The notes below the pieces were generated by a model, which saw nothing but the letters and a program-made list of their open reading frames with translations, was not told the origin of the DNA and did not search any database. A stretch of 64,000 bases of DNA from Glaucostegus cemiculus (taxonomy: Eukaryota), in NCBI GenBank assembly GCA_976551045.1, contig CDPCPM010000132.1, positions 2,418,001 through 2,482,000 on the forward strand, given 5' to 3'. Position 1 is the stretch's first letter; each line of letters opens with the position of its first letter. The translations under genes and the position numbers were made by a program. Shown here piece by piece: positions 1-13,576 of this stretch.

Positions 1-59
1 AAGCACACTGTGCACAACTTCACGTATTACTTTAGTGAACAAGAGCTGTCATCCATATT

Positions 60-800
60 TCTAAGCACAACGCTTGAAATTTCATTCAGTTTCAACAACT
101 TTGTCTCCAACATCCACCCTGCTCCCAAATTTAAACGGCTCTTCTCCGACACTACTCTCCCCTTTCTGGATCTCTCTGTCTCCACCCCCGGAGAAAGATT
201 AACCAGTAACATCTTTTACAAACCCGCTGACTCCCACAATGACCTTGACTACACCTATTCCCACCCTGTCATCTTCTTCTCCCAATTCCTTTTTCTCCTC
301 CGCATCTGTTCCCATGATGAAGCTTTCTACTCCAAGGCATCCGAGATGTCCTCCTTCCTCAGTGAACAGGGTTCATTTCCACCACCATCATTTAAGCCCT
401 CACCACATATCCTCCATTTCCTGTAGTCTGCCGTCACCCCATTCCGACCCCCCAAGTAAACAGGGAAAGGGTTTCTCTTGTCCTCACCTACCACCCCACG
501 AGCCTCCGCATCCATCTCCTCAACTTCCGCCAGCATCAACAGGATACCCCCCCCCCCCGGGATTGGCACATCTTCCTCTTACCACTCTCTCAGCTTTTTG
601 TAGGGATCGCGCTCTCCTCGACTCCCTTGTCCATTCGTCTCTTCCCACAGATGACCCTCTCAGCACTTATCCCTACATCCGACAGAAGTGCTACACTGCC
701 TCTACACCCCCCTCACCCAGACAGTCCTTCCAGGTGAACAGCGATTCACCTGTGTATCCGAATGTGTTATTTATTGCATCCAATTCTTTGTGCACAAACG
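60..800 (+). mobile_element. Penelope-like retroelement fragment (RT C-terminus toward the GIY-YIG region), decayed
   Basis: ORF 10..426 reads FVSNIHP..SDTTLPFLDLSVS..IFYKPADSHNDLDYTYSHP..FSQFL..RICS, typical of the Penelope RT thumb region; frameshifted downstream. Confidence 0.75.
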
Positions 801-1269
801 AAAATACTTAAAATAAATCGAAGACAGAAAATGCTGGACGCGCTTAGCAAGTCAGGCAGTATCTGGGAAGAGGGAAAAAAATATCTGATTTTGGTCCAAA
901 GCACCTCGTCAGTGCGGCAAAACTGAGAATTTTGTTAACAAGAGAGCTAGCGAGAGTGCTTCTGTGTCTGCGATATGCTTTCTCAATAGCGGGGCTGTTC
1001 CACGTGCCCAGCAGGCCAGGCTGTACTAATGGGAAGGGGAAAAACTGAGCTAAAATCACAGACTGACGACTGACAGAAAGGGTGAGTTCTAATGCAAAGA
1101 GAAAGAAAGAGCAAGCTGCCTAAAGTTGGGTAATTTGATAGTCAAGGCAGATGGGAAGATGGTGGTGTGCAATAGTTGGGAAAAATGACTTTCTCTGATA
1201 ATGTGAAAAAATGTGGCCTTTAAGATCAGACCATGTGAATTAAAATGGAATGAAGTTTGGCAGGCAAAC

Positions 1270-2560
1270 GTAAGAGCACATAAACGGTCCCTTCAGTCCG
1301 TCAGTGCCGTTCTATATTTATCCCATATGTTTCGATTAGGTGCTTGGAATTCTACACTTTGTCTATTCAATTAGCTATCCAGATGTCTCTTAAAAGTTGT
1401 GATTGTATCAGCCTCCACCACCCTTCTGGCAGAGTGTCTAGATATGACCGTTCCAAGTGTGAACTTTCCCCATACATGTAAACTTCTTCACTTTCAATAA
1501 AAAATTACATAGCCTTGTCCTAAACAAGTACAAGGAAGATAAAAACATTCCTGCTGTTTATCCCATGATTACTTTTCATAATTCGTCTCATATTCGCTCA
1601 GCCTCCTCTCTAGGGAGAACAAACCAAGCCTATCCAGTTACTTTTAACTAAAGCTCTCCAGTTCAGATAAGACAATGGAGAAACTGGAGAACGTCCTCTA
1701 AATCCTGTCCAGCTCCATTACATCCTTGTCACTGAGTAGCGACTAAAACTGTACACAGGACTCAAGGTGTGGCCAAATCCATGTTTCGCAAAGTTGCAAC
1801 ATGACATCCCATATGTTATGTTCGATTCCTCCTCCAATGAGGACAAACGATTCATATGCCTTCTTAACCATCCTATCCTTTTGTGTTGCCACTTACAGCA
1901 AACAGTTGATGTAACCTAATATCTATCTGTTCATTCCTAGTGTCCTACCATATACCATGCCTGCTCTACTCTCAGAGTGTTTAACTTTCCATTACATATA
2001 ACCTCACACTCTCGCTGTTAACTTCCAAATGACAACGGCTCTACAAACGTTCCTGCTGATGTCCCTCTGTATCCTTTGACAAATCTTTTCGCCATTTACG
2101 ACACCACTGATTTTTGAATCACCCCAGACTTACTAATAAACCCTTCCACGTTTACATCCAAGTCTTTACTGAATATCACAATCAGCAAGGTTACCTCAAT
2201 GAACATTCCGATACCGCACAACGGACAGAAATTCAATCAGAGAAGCATCACTCCATCATTACTCTCTGCCTCTGATCTCCATGGCAATACTGGACACAAT
2301 TTGCCAGCTTAGCTTCGATCTCGTGTAATTTATCCTCCTGGATCAGCCCGCAATGCAAAACCTTGTCAACGGTCTTACTAATATCCATGTGGACAACATC
2401 CACTGCCTTTCCAAGATCAATCTTCTTATTTATCTGCTCTAAAGAAAATCGATGAAATTATCGAGGCAAGAATTCCTGCGAACAAAGGCGCCCTCACTAT
2501 CGCAAACTATTCCCTGCCTTTCGCAGTAATAATAACACCCGTCCTTTCAATTTTCTTCCA
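1270..2560 (-). mobile_element. CR1-type LINE, 3' fragment (RT to 3' UTR), highly decayed
   Basis: Minus strand near 2385-2407 encodes AVDVVHMD (CR1 RT 'AVDVVYMDFSKAFD' block); similar to the better-preserved CR1 copies at 50-63 kb; boundaries approximate. Confidence 0.6.
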
Positions 2561-2589
2561 ATATTGATACAAACAGAAAGACAGAGCCA

Positions 2590-3510
2590 GTTATTTAAAG
2601 TTCGACAAGATGTTATTGACACCGAAGGATGCAGTGTTCCCAGATAGGAGACAAAGTGCTTTTAGTCCAGCGTGAATTGGGACTCATTGTAGCTGTAAAG
2701 AAAACAACTGGCAGATTGTTCAGAGTGGGAGTTGGATGGAGAAATAAACGGGGAGGTAACTGGTAACTGGAAGCGCCATTTCACTTGTGAGGATTAAATG
2801 TCGGTGTTCGGCAAAGCGATCTGAAACCTTAATTTGGTCTCTCTAAGGAGGAGGAGACCACAGTGTGAGCATCGAATGCATGACATTGGTATAGAAGAGG
2901 TGCAACTGAGACACTGCTTCACCCGAATAGTCTAGACCTTTGGATGATGGCAAAACTGAAAGAACAGATGTTGCATTCGGCAGATGTATGAATGAGTGTC
3001 ATATTTGGTTCCGGGGGAAAATTGCGGTACATGGATCCGCGAAAGAATGACGGGAAAGGAAATTTTTGTCTAGTCGTGAAGTTTCGTTGAAGCGGTGGAA
3101 ATAGTGAAGGATAATCCGTTGAATGGGGAAATTATGGTGTGAAATCTAAGGACCCTGTTTGCTTATCTCCTGAGATGGATACGGATAGATTCAATAAGGA
3201 AAGAGAAGGGGTCAAAATTGACGACCTGAATGTGAGAGCAGGGTGGTAGGGAAATTTATAAAATGTAAGATTTCTCTGTCAGCCTAGGAAGCAACAACAA
3301 TGCCGTCAATATTATACCAGAAAACTTGTTGATGGATGGGACCAGTAGAACTGAAACAAAGGCTGTTCCATCCCGTTCACAAAAAGACACAGCACGGAAA
3401 ATGAGTTTTTTTTTGTTGGAGGGAAGCCTTCAATCAAATAGATGGTCAATGCTCCAGACTCTCCCAAAGTGGGCCATGAAAAGCCTTTGTTTACCAATGA
3501 CAGTTATGAC
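2590..3510 (-). mobile_element. Penelope-like retroelement fragment, decayed
   Basis: ORF 3312..3497 contains LCLFVNGMEQPLFQ (Penelope RT 'ACLFVG..EQ' block); remnants resembling the endonuclease region further downstream. Confidence 0.55.
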
Positions 3511-4552
3511 CAAGTGGGAATGAAGATTGAGAAACACTGGCATTGACAGCCTTTTGTTATTTCAAAGAATTTCACATCCAAATAGCAGTGCTTACTCTGG
3601 GGTCTCTCTTTTAATGTTAAACAAAGCTGCAGCCAATCTACGCAGAACATTGCTCTCGCAAGCATGTTTTCTGATGTATTACATTTAAAGAGCTTAAAAT
3701 TCACCTGGACGTTGAGTATATTTTCGTCTCTCTTCTTCTTAACGTCAACCATGAATTCGGTTTAAAATTCCTTCTCAAGAAATTATTTTGCAATGCACAT
3801 TGTTTAGTTATTGCAGAGCAGAGTGGGCGAGATTTGGACATTAAGTCACTGCAGGTGGATGTAGACCAGCGTGATTTTGTTTCAAAGACATTGGTGTTGA
3901 AATCTCTTTGAGGGCTCACTCGAGTCAGATACAGATTTATCAACGAGAGAGGGAAAGCACATTGCATTACTCACAATTTTGCCAATTCACATTTGCACAA
4001 TTATTCGTTTATTATTTGACGTGGAACAGCTTATTGATTTTCAGAAAGAATAATTATTTCTGTACAAAGTACTTGGTCAGTAACAGCTGTGGACAGAAGA
4101 CCCTATATCGAAATGTCATTTGCAGAAAAAAAACCCTAAACATACTGGAAATATGCAACCGGTCGGGCAGCATCTGTGGAAAATGGCCATAGCCTTCTTA
4201 CTTGATTTTCCTCATATGACTTTGAAAGTCCTGATTAACTCTATTTCCACCAGTGTTTAGGATTGTGTTTATCCGTATAAATGATGACCTTCCAGTATCT
4301 GTTAATCATCAAATCCTAGGGAGAGATTCCCTGTATTTGACCTGGCAATATCTTGATCGTTCATGGACTCCTTCCTTGTTCCAAGAAGAACAAACACATC
4401 TTGTCTATTTTAACATTGCATCTTAAATCCCTCGTCCACAGAACTCTTCCTGCAAGTTCCTTTGCGTCCTCCTTGGAACTTCTACATGATTTCTAACATG
4501 TGGTAACTATAATTAGATATAATAATCCAGCTGTGGAATTACCGGTGTTTCA

Positions 4553-6415
4553 TCAGTATCTAAAATCATCTGCTGTTTTTGATTTATAAAGAGCTGATCG
4601 TTTAGTAGATGACTTATCTAACCTTGAATTTAAACAACAATTAAAATCTCCCCCTAGAACCAATGACCAAAGATTCAAATCTGGCAAAAGTGCAAAAACT
4701 CGTTCAAAAAATCCTGGATCGTCCGTATTCGGAGCATAGATATTGGCAAATACCACTAGTCTATTATCTAACTTCCCTGATACTGCAACAAAACGACTAT
4801 TAGTGTCAGTTATTACCTTATGTTGAACAAATGAAACAGTATTTTCTGTAAAGATTGAAACCCATCTATATTTAGTCCGGAAAGAAGAACGTTAATGTAA
4901 CTCTCTCCATCGGCTGCAAAAACGTAAAGTATCACAATTACGTGAGTTTCTTGGAAAAAAAACATAATTGCGGCTTTAAGCTTCTTAATGTAAGAAAAAA
5001 TCTCGTTTCACTTTACAGGACGGTTAAGTCCTTTATCATTAAAACTCATTGAATTAATCACTCGATCCATTTTAATATTGTTTAACTGTTATCCATATGA
5101 AGATGTAAATTCAAATAAGAAAGTGAACTCTCAGATAAAGTAACTGGGCAACAGACATAGCTAAAGGCCGACAACAGCTTCCAAAGAAAGAACCCAATAC
5201 TCCTCCCCTATCTCAAAGAGAGAAAGCAGCCGACCAAAGGAAGGTTGGCATTCTTACCTAAAGACAGAATAACTCAAATAAACCTGTTGCCAATTTCTCA
5301 AGGTTGGTGAAAGTCAACCCCATGAAAAGAATAACTCGAAAAGAAACACCACGGATTCAAAATCATAAAATAACAAGTATATTTGTAAGTTTATTAGCAA
5401 AAAAGCCTATCAGAAAAAGTTCAAAAATCAAAGTACATAAAACATTCAGAATATTAGTAAAGCGTTATCGAACAAAGTTTTAAATAGCATGTTAATGAAG
5501 AAAATTACGAAGTATTTCATCCTCAGATTCTAGAAATGCCTGAGCATCCGCTGGAGAGGTAAACCATTTGTACCAGCCGTTTTGGAAAATGATTCTTAGC
5601 TTTGCCGGGTCGCGAAGGAAGGGCTTATAACCTTGGTTAAAAATCTCCGACATGACCTTTTTAAATTTCACACTTTCATTCAAAATTTAGGTGAGAAATC
5701 TTCAACGATTCCAATCTTGTAATCTTGGTAATTAGTAGTTCCTCTTTGGCGAAATTCACGACTCAAAAGGTCTTTGATATGAATGCCATGCAGAGCGATA
5801 ATGACTGACCTGGATTTGCCTTCCGTAAGAAATCTGTTCACCGGTGACCTATGTGCTCTGTCAATCTTAGGTACAGTCTTTAAAATAGAAGGAAGCAATT
5901 CAACCAGAAGGTTTACAAAGAATTCAGTAGATTGATTACCGTCGATAAATTCTCTGTCAGAGAATTCTGATGTTGTTTCGCCTGGTCTTGTTTTCTAAAT
6001 CAGTAATCTTCTGATTTAGATTGCCATTAACTTTAGATTGTTTTTCGCAAAGCTTTTCCAGGTCATCTGTTTTCTCATCCAGAATCGAGAGAGGTGCTTC
6101 ATGTTGTTTAATTCTTTCGTTATTATCATGTAAAGTTTCTTGAAAATAATCCAATTAAGAATTAATCTGCTGAAGCTGCTTTTGGAATTGTTCAATTTAC
6201 TCGGAAAAATCATCGATATATTTTCGAATCAATTGTAAAATAGATTCCAGAGATTCAGGAGGGTCATCTTCTTTAGTAATTTTAGTACCTTTGGCAGCCC
6301 TTGTAGTCATGGTGAAATAAAATTGCAAATAGAAAGGAAGTTTCAAACCGGGTTGACAAAGTAAGGTAAATAGGAGCTCCGGCACGTAGCTGTTACTCCA
6401 CTGACGCCCAGCAGG
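4553..6415 (-). mobile_element. L1/Tx1-clade LINE, 5' portion: frameshifted ORF1 (~5492-6310) and the start of the ORF2 APE endonuclease (~4553-5070); 3'-truncated
   Basis: ORF1 motifs: coiled coil then DLENKTRRNNIRIL, KIDRAHRS, IVEDFSP, PAKLRI. ORF2 motifs: FANIYAPNTDDPGFF, LVLGGDFNCCL. Confidence 0.85.
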
Positions 6416-7199
6416 CTTCTTGTTTTTGATTATCCGAATTTATTCCAGAAACACAGAATCCCATAGACTTGATTAACTGAATTCTCGATTGGCACGTCCA
6501 TGAATTTAACGAAATTTGCCCCTGCGCCTCACTAAATGCACATTCTGGAGTATTGCCTCAAGATTGCTCAACTCTGTTCGTCTGATAACATTTATTTTGG
6601 AACACTTATCTGTACTAAATCTCGTCTATAATGTTTGGGTCTATTCTGAGGAAGTACCTGTGCCCTCTTACAATCGATTGCAGTCCATCTTACCGTTTAG
6701 AATATTATGACCTGGTTTTATCTCCATGTTGAAAATTTTCCCCCGGTATATTCTTGTACAAATCCTCATGTGGAATCAGAAATCCCTGCACCGAATCTTT
6801 TTGGCCTCCAAAGACTACCATCCACCAGTTTGACAAACAACCGTTTCCCACCATTAGCAATAGGGTGTAGTTCCTGCCGTTTGTGGTCGACCTCATTGTA
6901 ACAGTAAACTTGCACTGGTACCATTCTAGTCATTGCACTGTTAGAATGTCACCCAACGCAAGCTTGAGGAACAAGATCTTATCTTCTGCTTGGGCATGTT
7001 TCAGCCTTCTCAACACAATATGGAACACGACACATTCACATAACTTTATTTCTCTGTGCAGATCAGATGACACTCGGTAATATTGACTCAGCCTGTTTTT
7101 TCACCTTTTATTTTGTTGAAGTGTAGGACGCGTCCAGACATCCCTTTCTGCTCTGCATTTCGAAAATCCTATATTCTTCTCCCCAATATCATCTTCCTG

Positions 7200-7630
7200 A
7201 CTTATCAGATTGCTTCACGTGTAACCATTGTGCCCCCCTCCAGCTTCCGTTTCCATCTTCGCTCTCCTCTCCCTCACCTGGCTTCATCCACCTGATTGTT
7301 TACTTCACCTGTGCCTGCTTCCACCTATCAGCCACCTGCCTCTGTCTCACAACTCCGGCTCCCCTTCTCACATCAAGCTTCTCTCGCTATGATCTGTCAC
7401 CCCTCCTTGGTCCATCTTTCACCTCTCGGACCCTGCCTGTCTCATCCTCTCCATTTGCTCTTCACGCAGGCTATTTTCCCGATCCACTGCCAGTCCTAAT
7501 ATAGCGCCTCGACTCGAATCGTTGACCATTCCTCCCCACCCTACCCTGAGTTTTGCTGTCCGACCAGGTGCCTTCCTCCAGCAGATTGTTATTGTTCCAG
7601 ATTCCAGCATATCCAGTTTATTGTGGCCCA
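7200..7630 (+). repeat. Penelope-derived C/T-rich terminal repeat remnant
   Basis: Pyrimidine-rich tract ending ...ttcctccagcag..ttgttccagattccagcat, resembling elasmobranch Penelope terminal repeats. Confidence 0.4.
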
Positions 7631-8731
7631 TTGTTTTGTCTCTGTTACTCTGACTACGATCAAACTCTCCAAGGGCACGCATTCACTCGTTACCAAAAGG
7701 TTTACATCTGATCGCCATAGTCATCCCGCTTTTACCCAGTCAAAGACATCCCTTCAGCTCTGCACTCTAATAAGCTTATTTTGTCTCCTTCATAGTTCCG
7801 AAGAAGAGGCTTCGACCTCAGCCGTTACGTTTGTTTCTTTACCCAAATATACAGCTGTGCCTTTCCAGCATTTCAACATGAACTATTTTAATTCGTTCGC
7901 GGTGTTCCAGGGCAGGAGATTGTAAATTATTTCCTCTGGATGAAGATGATACAATAAGGTGGAAATTATCTTAAATTGTTCCTAGGCCACTCACATTCAG
8001 GTTTGCGCAGACTGCGTCCGCCCAAGAAGCTTATGGTTCTGCAGGTGAATGTTTTAATCCTGAATTTTACTGATACGTATTAATCAGGTAAACTACATAG
8101 GGGCAGGTTATGCATTGATCGGAAACAAACATTTTTTAATTGTGTGGTGGAAAAAATAGTGGATCCAATTACCTTCCCACTGTTCATATGCAACAACCTC
8201 GCGTCAACTTTTAACATCAGCATTTGCTTGTGTACTATTTGCTATTACTCCCTTTATGAACAGAATTCTGTGGGGATTTCCTTGTAAAATATGATTACCA
8301 CGTGTCAATCTTTATTAAGTCGTAAAACTTTTAAAAGTTGTTGCGTTTTCATAAGCTCTTTCTTACTATTGAAATACTAACCCAGTATCCCCACCATTCA
8401 GTTCTCGAATTACACCCCTTCTTTCCTTTCATTTATCATATTCTCTTGACAAACCTACTGACGTTATATATAATTCCTTTCATTAGATCTTTTTCCCCAG
8501 ACATGTTTCTTTAGTCCTCGTCTACACGGATATCATATTCAGAAACATAATTAGATATGCAGTTGTACACAAGGTAACACTGAAGCCCGAGCCAATTTTC
8601 TGGGAACAATATAAATTAACCATCAGTTGAAATGCTTAATTCGCAGTTTGTACCCTGATTATACCCGAAATATACGCCAGAATTCTGTTGGATTTGCAGT
8701 AGGCCTTTGCATTATTGAAATTCGCTGTTAC

Positions 8732-8889
8732 CTTAATAGTTGTTGTAAATGCGCTGTACAATATACTCATCGTAAAGAGCATCACGAAGGCGATAAGCGC
8801 TGCGGGAGAATTGGCATCCTCATCCAAGTTTTCGAATACTACTTCACCGACTGCATTGTTATCCAGGACTTCCAGGATTTCGGAGATTT
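8732..8889 (-). CDS. IgNAR: IgNAR transmembrane exon TM1 (acidic spacer plus TM helix with CART motif)
   Basis: Acceptor ttccag|AA (phase 1) at 8889; donor AAG|gtaaca at 8732; encodes (E)ISEILEVLDNNAVGEVVFENLDEDANSPAALIAFVMLFTMSILYSAFTTTIK with the F..LF..S..YS..T antigen-receptor TM pattern. Confidence 0.88.
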
Positions 8890-10069
8890 CTGGAATCGAT
8901 AGATTGGCATTATTGTTGATTTTTTTGTGGAAAGAAAAGAAAATAGACCAAAAGCCATTGCAAGGACATGAAGCACGAGCTGCGAGGGACATAATGCATT
9001 AGAACTTCAGCTGGGTGAATATTCAAAGTTGGTCCATATGACGAACTGCAAAAACTTCCAGGCTTTTCGTAACCGAGAACAGTCGCAGACACAAAAAAGA
9101 AAATCTGGGCTTCTGTCCGCTAACACTATTATATTTTACATTATCAGCCGGGATGACATCAGAGTCTATTTTCTGTTCTAAAAATTGGAATGTCGTTCAC
9201 GAGGCCAACTCGGAGAAGTGGGACTTTGAGACAGTAACAGATCGTTTGGTCATCGCGTAACACTTACGTTTTCGACAGCTATATTACCCATTTCCTTTGA
9301 AACAATTGGACAACAGAAAATTCTCAATTTCCGGTTGCAAAGAAACAATTGGTGCGATGCAGCTAAATTCATGGAAGTGTGGTCAAATGAGGTGGAAAAC
9401 TATCATGAACTGAGGTATTGGGTTGAAGGATGATATTCACTTCCACACTCAGACTCTGCCATACTCCGAAACGGGTCCACTCCGCATACCCATAGAGTTA
9501 CGAGAACGCATCATTCTGTAAATACACATGACATATCTTTCCCAAGGCCGGTACACATTTTCTATGAAGTGGAGCGCAGCATTCATGCTGGGCTTTGCTT
9601 CATATAGTTGCAGCATGCCTGCTACATCTATCTCTTACTCTTGAATACCCAAACACACACGGCACTGGATTTGTTATTGGTTTAGTCTGTGCCATTTTCG
9701 TAATCTGCATCAATGGATTTTCTTTGCCTCACTGGAACTGCTTCTGAGACATAAGAATCATGAATCTAATTTTGATTTGTCCTATAAACTGAACTGACGC
9801 CTCAGAATATTTGCCAAAATATGGCCTATTCTTGAATATATTAATTGCCCTTCATACGATCACATTGTTTTGTAATGGGACAATTTTTGCGGATGTCAGT
9901 AATTTGTAATTATCCATACTAACAGCTGAAACGTTAATAATTATAGTGATGACTTCTAACCAGAGTGAATTGAGCCCTTGCCGAGTAAGACCATAAAATC
10001 CTCTCAGTCAAAACTCAGTAATCTGCTTCGAGCCGAGCTAATATGAAACTCGCTTAAATATAGCAGATA

Positions 10070-10340
10070 CGAATCACAATCAGAATCATGTTTATTGTCA
10101 CTGATATATGTCGTGAAATATGTTGTTTGTGGCAGCAGTCCAACGACAAAAAATTTGCGAACATTGCAAAACTAAATAAATCGTGCAAAAAACCCCAAAA
10201 CAAATAATTAAGTTCTGTTCATGTGTTCAATGACCGTTCAGAAATTGAATAGTGGAGGTGAAGAAGCTATTCTTAAAACGTTGAGTATAGGCCTTCATGC
10301 TCCTGTATCAGCTCCCTGATGGAAGTAAAGCGATGAGGTG
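10070..10340 (-). mobile_element. Rex1/Babar-like LINE 3' end remnant
   Basis: Degenerate (AATCAG)n tail plus tttattgtcac and gaagaagctatt...ctccctgatgg, matching the better copy at 58436-58995. Confidence 0.55.
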
Positions 10341-12178
10341 ATATACCGGATGGCTCTTTTGTTTTATCTTAGAGTGCACTTGTACCCTTGATGGTCTAAT
10401 AGGAGAACTTTGAATTGATTTCGGGCGCTGCTCAGCCCGCGGTTTAGAAATTAACCACATGTGGCCTCCTACTTACATATCGGTTAATGCTGCTGCCCAT
10501 TGCAACGGCAAAGACGACATACTATTAATTTCTAGGTGTCTTTGAAATAAATTCTATGAAATGTATTTTTAATGTTTAGATTGTAGTCACATAATTATTT
10601 TAATTAATTGAAGGATATTCATGTGTCTGACATCAGGCATAATTAAAAGGTGTTGAAGGTTATTTAGGTGTACGAAAGAGCCCTGGGATGATACAGGATT
10701 AGCAATTAGGGACGGTAACATGAGACTCAGTTGCCATTTGATAACTACACGGCCGTCGGTCCAGCCTTAGCAACCAATTTTTGAGCTCCATCCTGCACAG
10801 AAGGCTTCATAAAATAAGTACGGTCACAGAAAAATTCGGGCACAGGTGAGGCAGTTACATGGAGGAAGGTGGGTCTCCTTAATTTGGATTTATTTAGGAC
10901 TTCACAAGGCTCTTCACGGGAATGGTACGGGACAACATGTAAAAACAAACTTCTTCGGTTTTTACAACAGGTGATCTAAAAAGCTGGATTCAGCTTCCGC
11001 TGGATTCAGCTCCACATCTCATGCAGAGAGATGGAAACAGCTATTGAAGGATATGCAATGTTTGGGATCTTCACATGGTGGCCAATGTTTCCACCAAAGT
11101 GCCCAGAAAGAGATTATGGGTCGAGTAGAATGAAGATGTAAACCGGAAAGACGAGTTTGTTAAAGCTTTAGTTTCCAGGACGAATATGTATCAAGGACAA
11201 ATATGTTTCCAGAGAGCCTTTTGCAGGTCAGTAACTCGTGTGTGTCAATGTGCAGAGGAGGCTAAACCAAATAGCTAGAGCACGATAGCATAGTGTATTG
11301 TATATTGATAGTTTATAAATACTGAAAGATGAGAGCCCTGTCAGGAAGATATCGGCACTGTCATGGGTGCTCAGGACAATTGTACGGATAAACATTTCCA
11401 TACCTGTTCATCTTAGGCAGAGCAAGAAGCAGATTATGATGAGCATTGGAAAGAGAAAACAAATATCTCCTTCCGTTTCAGCCAATTACAAAGAACAGGG
11501 ATGGTGACAGGTCAATGATTTTGGAGGGTCTCTTATTTAGAAGAGTTTTAGCCTTCCCGATACTCAAGGGTATTGAAAGCCGTATAAGCAGCGTCAGAAA
11601 CCAAAGGAAACATGGAGGAATGAGGGAAAATAAAATCTCTTTTTCCATGGAATCCGATGTGTTACCACTTGAAGTAAGCAAAGATACATCATGTATTCAC
11701 AAAGGAGATGAGTGACAGGGAAATGTTATCTCGGGAAACGACATATTAATCATCCGGGAATAAGAAGAGAGATTATTGCAACACATTTCCTGACGAAACT
11801 TGGATAGGCAAAAGTGAAATCAGAAAAGCACCAGTTTCAGTGGAACTTTTTCCAAAACAATTTTGAGCTGATGTCTGTCCACATTAATTTCCAAAATTCT
11901 GATGAGAGATATCTCATGCACGAATGAGCCACGCAAGTCCAATGAGTTCTAGAATCTGATCTAACACGAAGTGTGAGGATCTGTATCAACTCTCGATCCA
12001 GCCGGCACCCCGCCCCCCAGCTCTAACAGTCTCCCCGCCCTGATCGCGGTTTAAGAAAAGAGAGAATGGAAGTGTGGCCATTAATAGAAAAGTTATCGCA
12101 TGAAACTGAATCCCGGATTACCTCTTAATTGCAAAGATAAGAGCACACATCGGGAAGCCAAAAGGTTTTCATTCTGCA

Positions 12179-12184
12179 TTTATT
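12179..12184 (-). terminator. Candidate polyadenylation signal (AATAAA) for the secreted IgNAR mRNA
   Basis: First minus-strand AATAAA I found, ~280 nt downstream of the secretory stop codon. Confidence 0.55.
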
Positions 12185-12466
12185 TCAATGTAAAGCTGAA
12201 CACAAGATAAATCGACATCTCCTATCTACTGAATAACTGCCTAAATCTCCGAAGCATTTTCAAAATTACCTCAGCGTGAAACACCGTTGCAACATTATCG
12301 GTTGTTCATCAAAGTCTTCTCTGAGTGATGAGATTACTGACATATTTCAACAGTTGTTGGATAATTTGAAGTTGTTTGGTAAAGATGGGATTTACCTAAT
12401 TGGCAGCTCAAGCAGTTCCGAATTTAACACAACACTTACAAATAGTTAGCCACTGATCACGAATAA

Positions 12467-12849
12467 TTAGACGCAGGATTTAAAACTGTCCGTTAGAACG
12501 AATGACACATTAACAAAAGTAGGTTTACCGTGAGATTTATTTATACTTCTGACTAAATTCGTCGGGAGGGATGGATGTCCAACCAAACAGCTGAAGGTTG
12601 TCCCCTTCTCCCAGTCCTCTGCTGTCACCCTCAGTTTGCTGGCAACGGAGCTGGAGCCGCTTTCCTTATCGGTGTCAGGTTGTATGGAGTATCCGGAATC
12701 CAGATAAGTGTCATTGGCCATCCAGGCTATGTAAATGTCATCCGGGTAAAAGCCGGTGGCTAGGCAAAGCAGAGTCGCTGCTTTCTCGGCTTGTATCTCG
12801 TCCGATGATGGGTGCAGTAAGTAGACTTTGGGACGTTGCATTTCAGTAA
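12467..12849 (-). CDS. IgNAR: IgNAR C5 exon plus contiguous secretory tailpiece
   Basis: Acceptor ttttctccatctag|TT at 12849. Ig C1-set domain PKVYLLHPS..ATLLCLATGFYP..W..FSCLVGHPSL. Internal donor G|gtaaac after 12529 for TM splicing. Tail GKPTFVNVSFVLTDSFKSCV* has an NVS sequon and a penultimate Cys. Confidence 0.96.
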
Positions 12850-13255
12850 CTAGATGGAGAAAAACAATCGATTAATAGTTTTCGCTTCTGACCTGAGGAT
12901 TACTCTTCATTCTGCTTCTTCACCAGAATCACTGTGGTGAATAATCTTTGAACAAATGAGGTCAGCGTTTTAAGCGAGTGCTTAATTGTTCTCGAAATAA
13001 ATACAAAGTTGTGTGTACTCGTTATTGATAAAACAACCATTAATACTTTTGCTTTTTTTTCTGTGGAAGTGACTAAATATTTTCTACACGACGACGGGGG
13101 TCTTAAACTTTATTGTTCATTGTTATTTGTTGAACGGCAAGCAAACAATTAGGGACCATCCGATTTTTCATTCAGTTGAGTTGGTGATGTATGTCAATGT
13201 CCCAAACTTTCTTTCATGGGCTACGTTACTCTGAGCAACGGTTAATTGCGCTTAC

Positions 13256-13576
13256 CCTTAGACTTGTTGGTGGAAATTTTCACTGGTGTTGGCAGTTCAC
13301 TGTCTTCTATGAAGCACAGGTATTCGACTCCACTGTTCCATTCCTCCACGCTGGCCTTCAGCTTGCTGACGATGGTGTATTTACTTTCCCTCCACTCTGG
13401 ACCGTTCGTCTCTACTCCATCCATTCTCCGACTCCCATTCACTCGCCAGGAGACGTTGACGTTTTGTAAATTGGCGTAAACCACCTCACAAACAATGGTT
13501 GCTCTGTTATGCGTCCAAATCTCTTCAAAGGATGGTTTTTGTATGGTGGCACTAATGTCGGGTTCATGACAAACTT
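13256..13576 (-). CDS. IgNAR: IgNAR C4 exon
   Basis: Acceptor ccag|AA at 13576; donor G|gtaagc at 13256; (E)VCHEPDIS..KPSFEEIWTHNRATIVCEVV..W..EYLCFIEDSELPTPVK; extra N-terminal Cys typical of the IgNAR C3/C4 junction. Confidence 0.96.
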
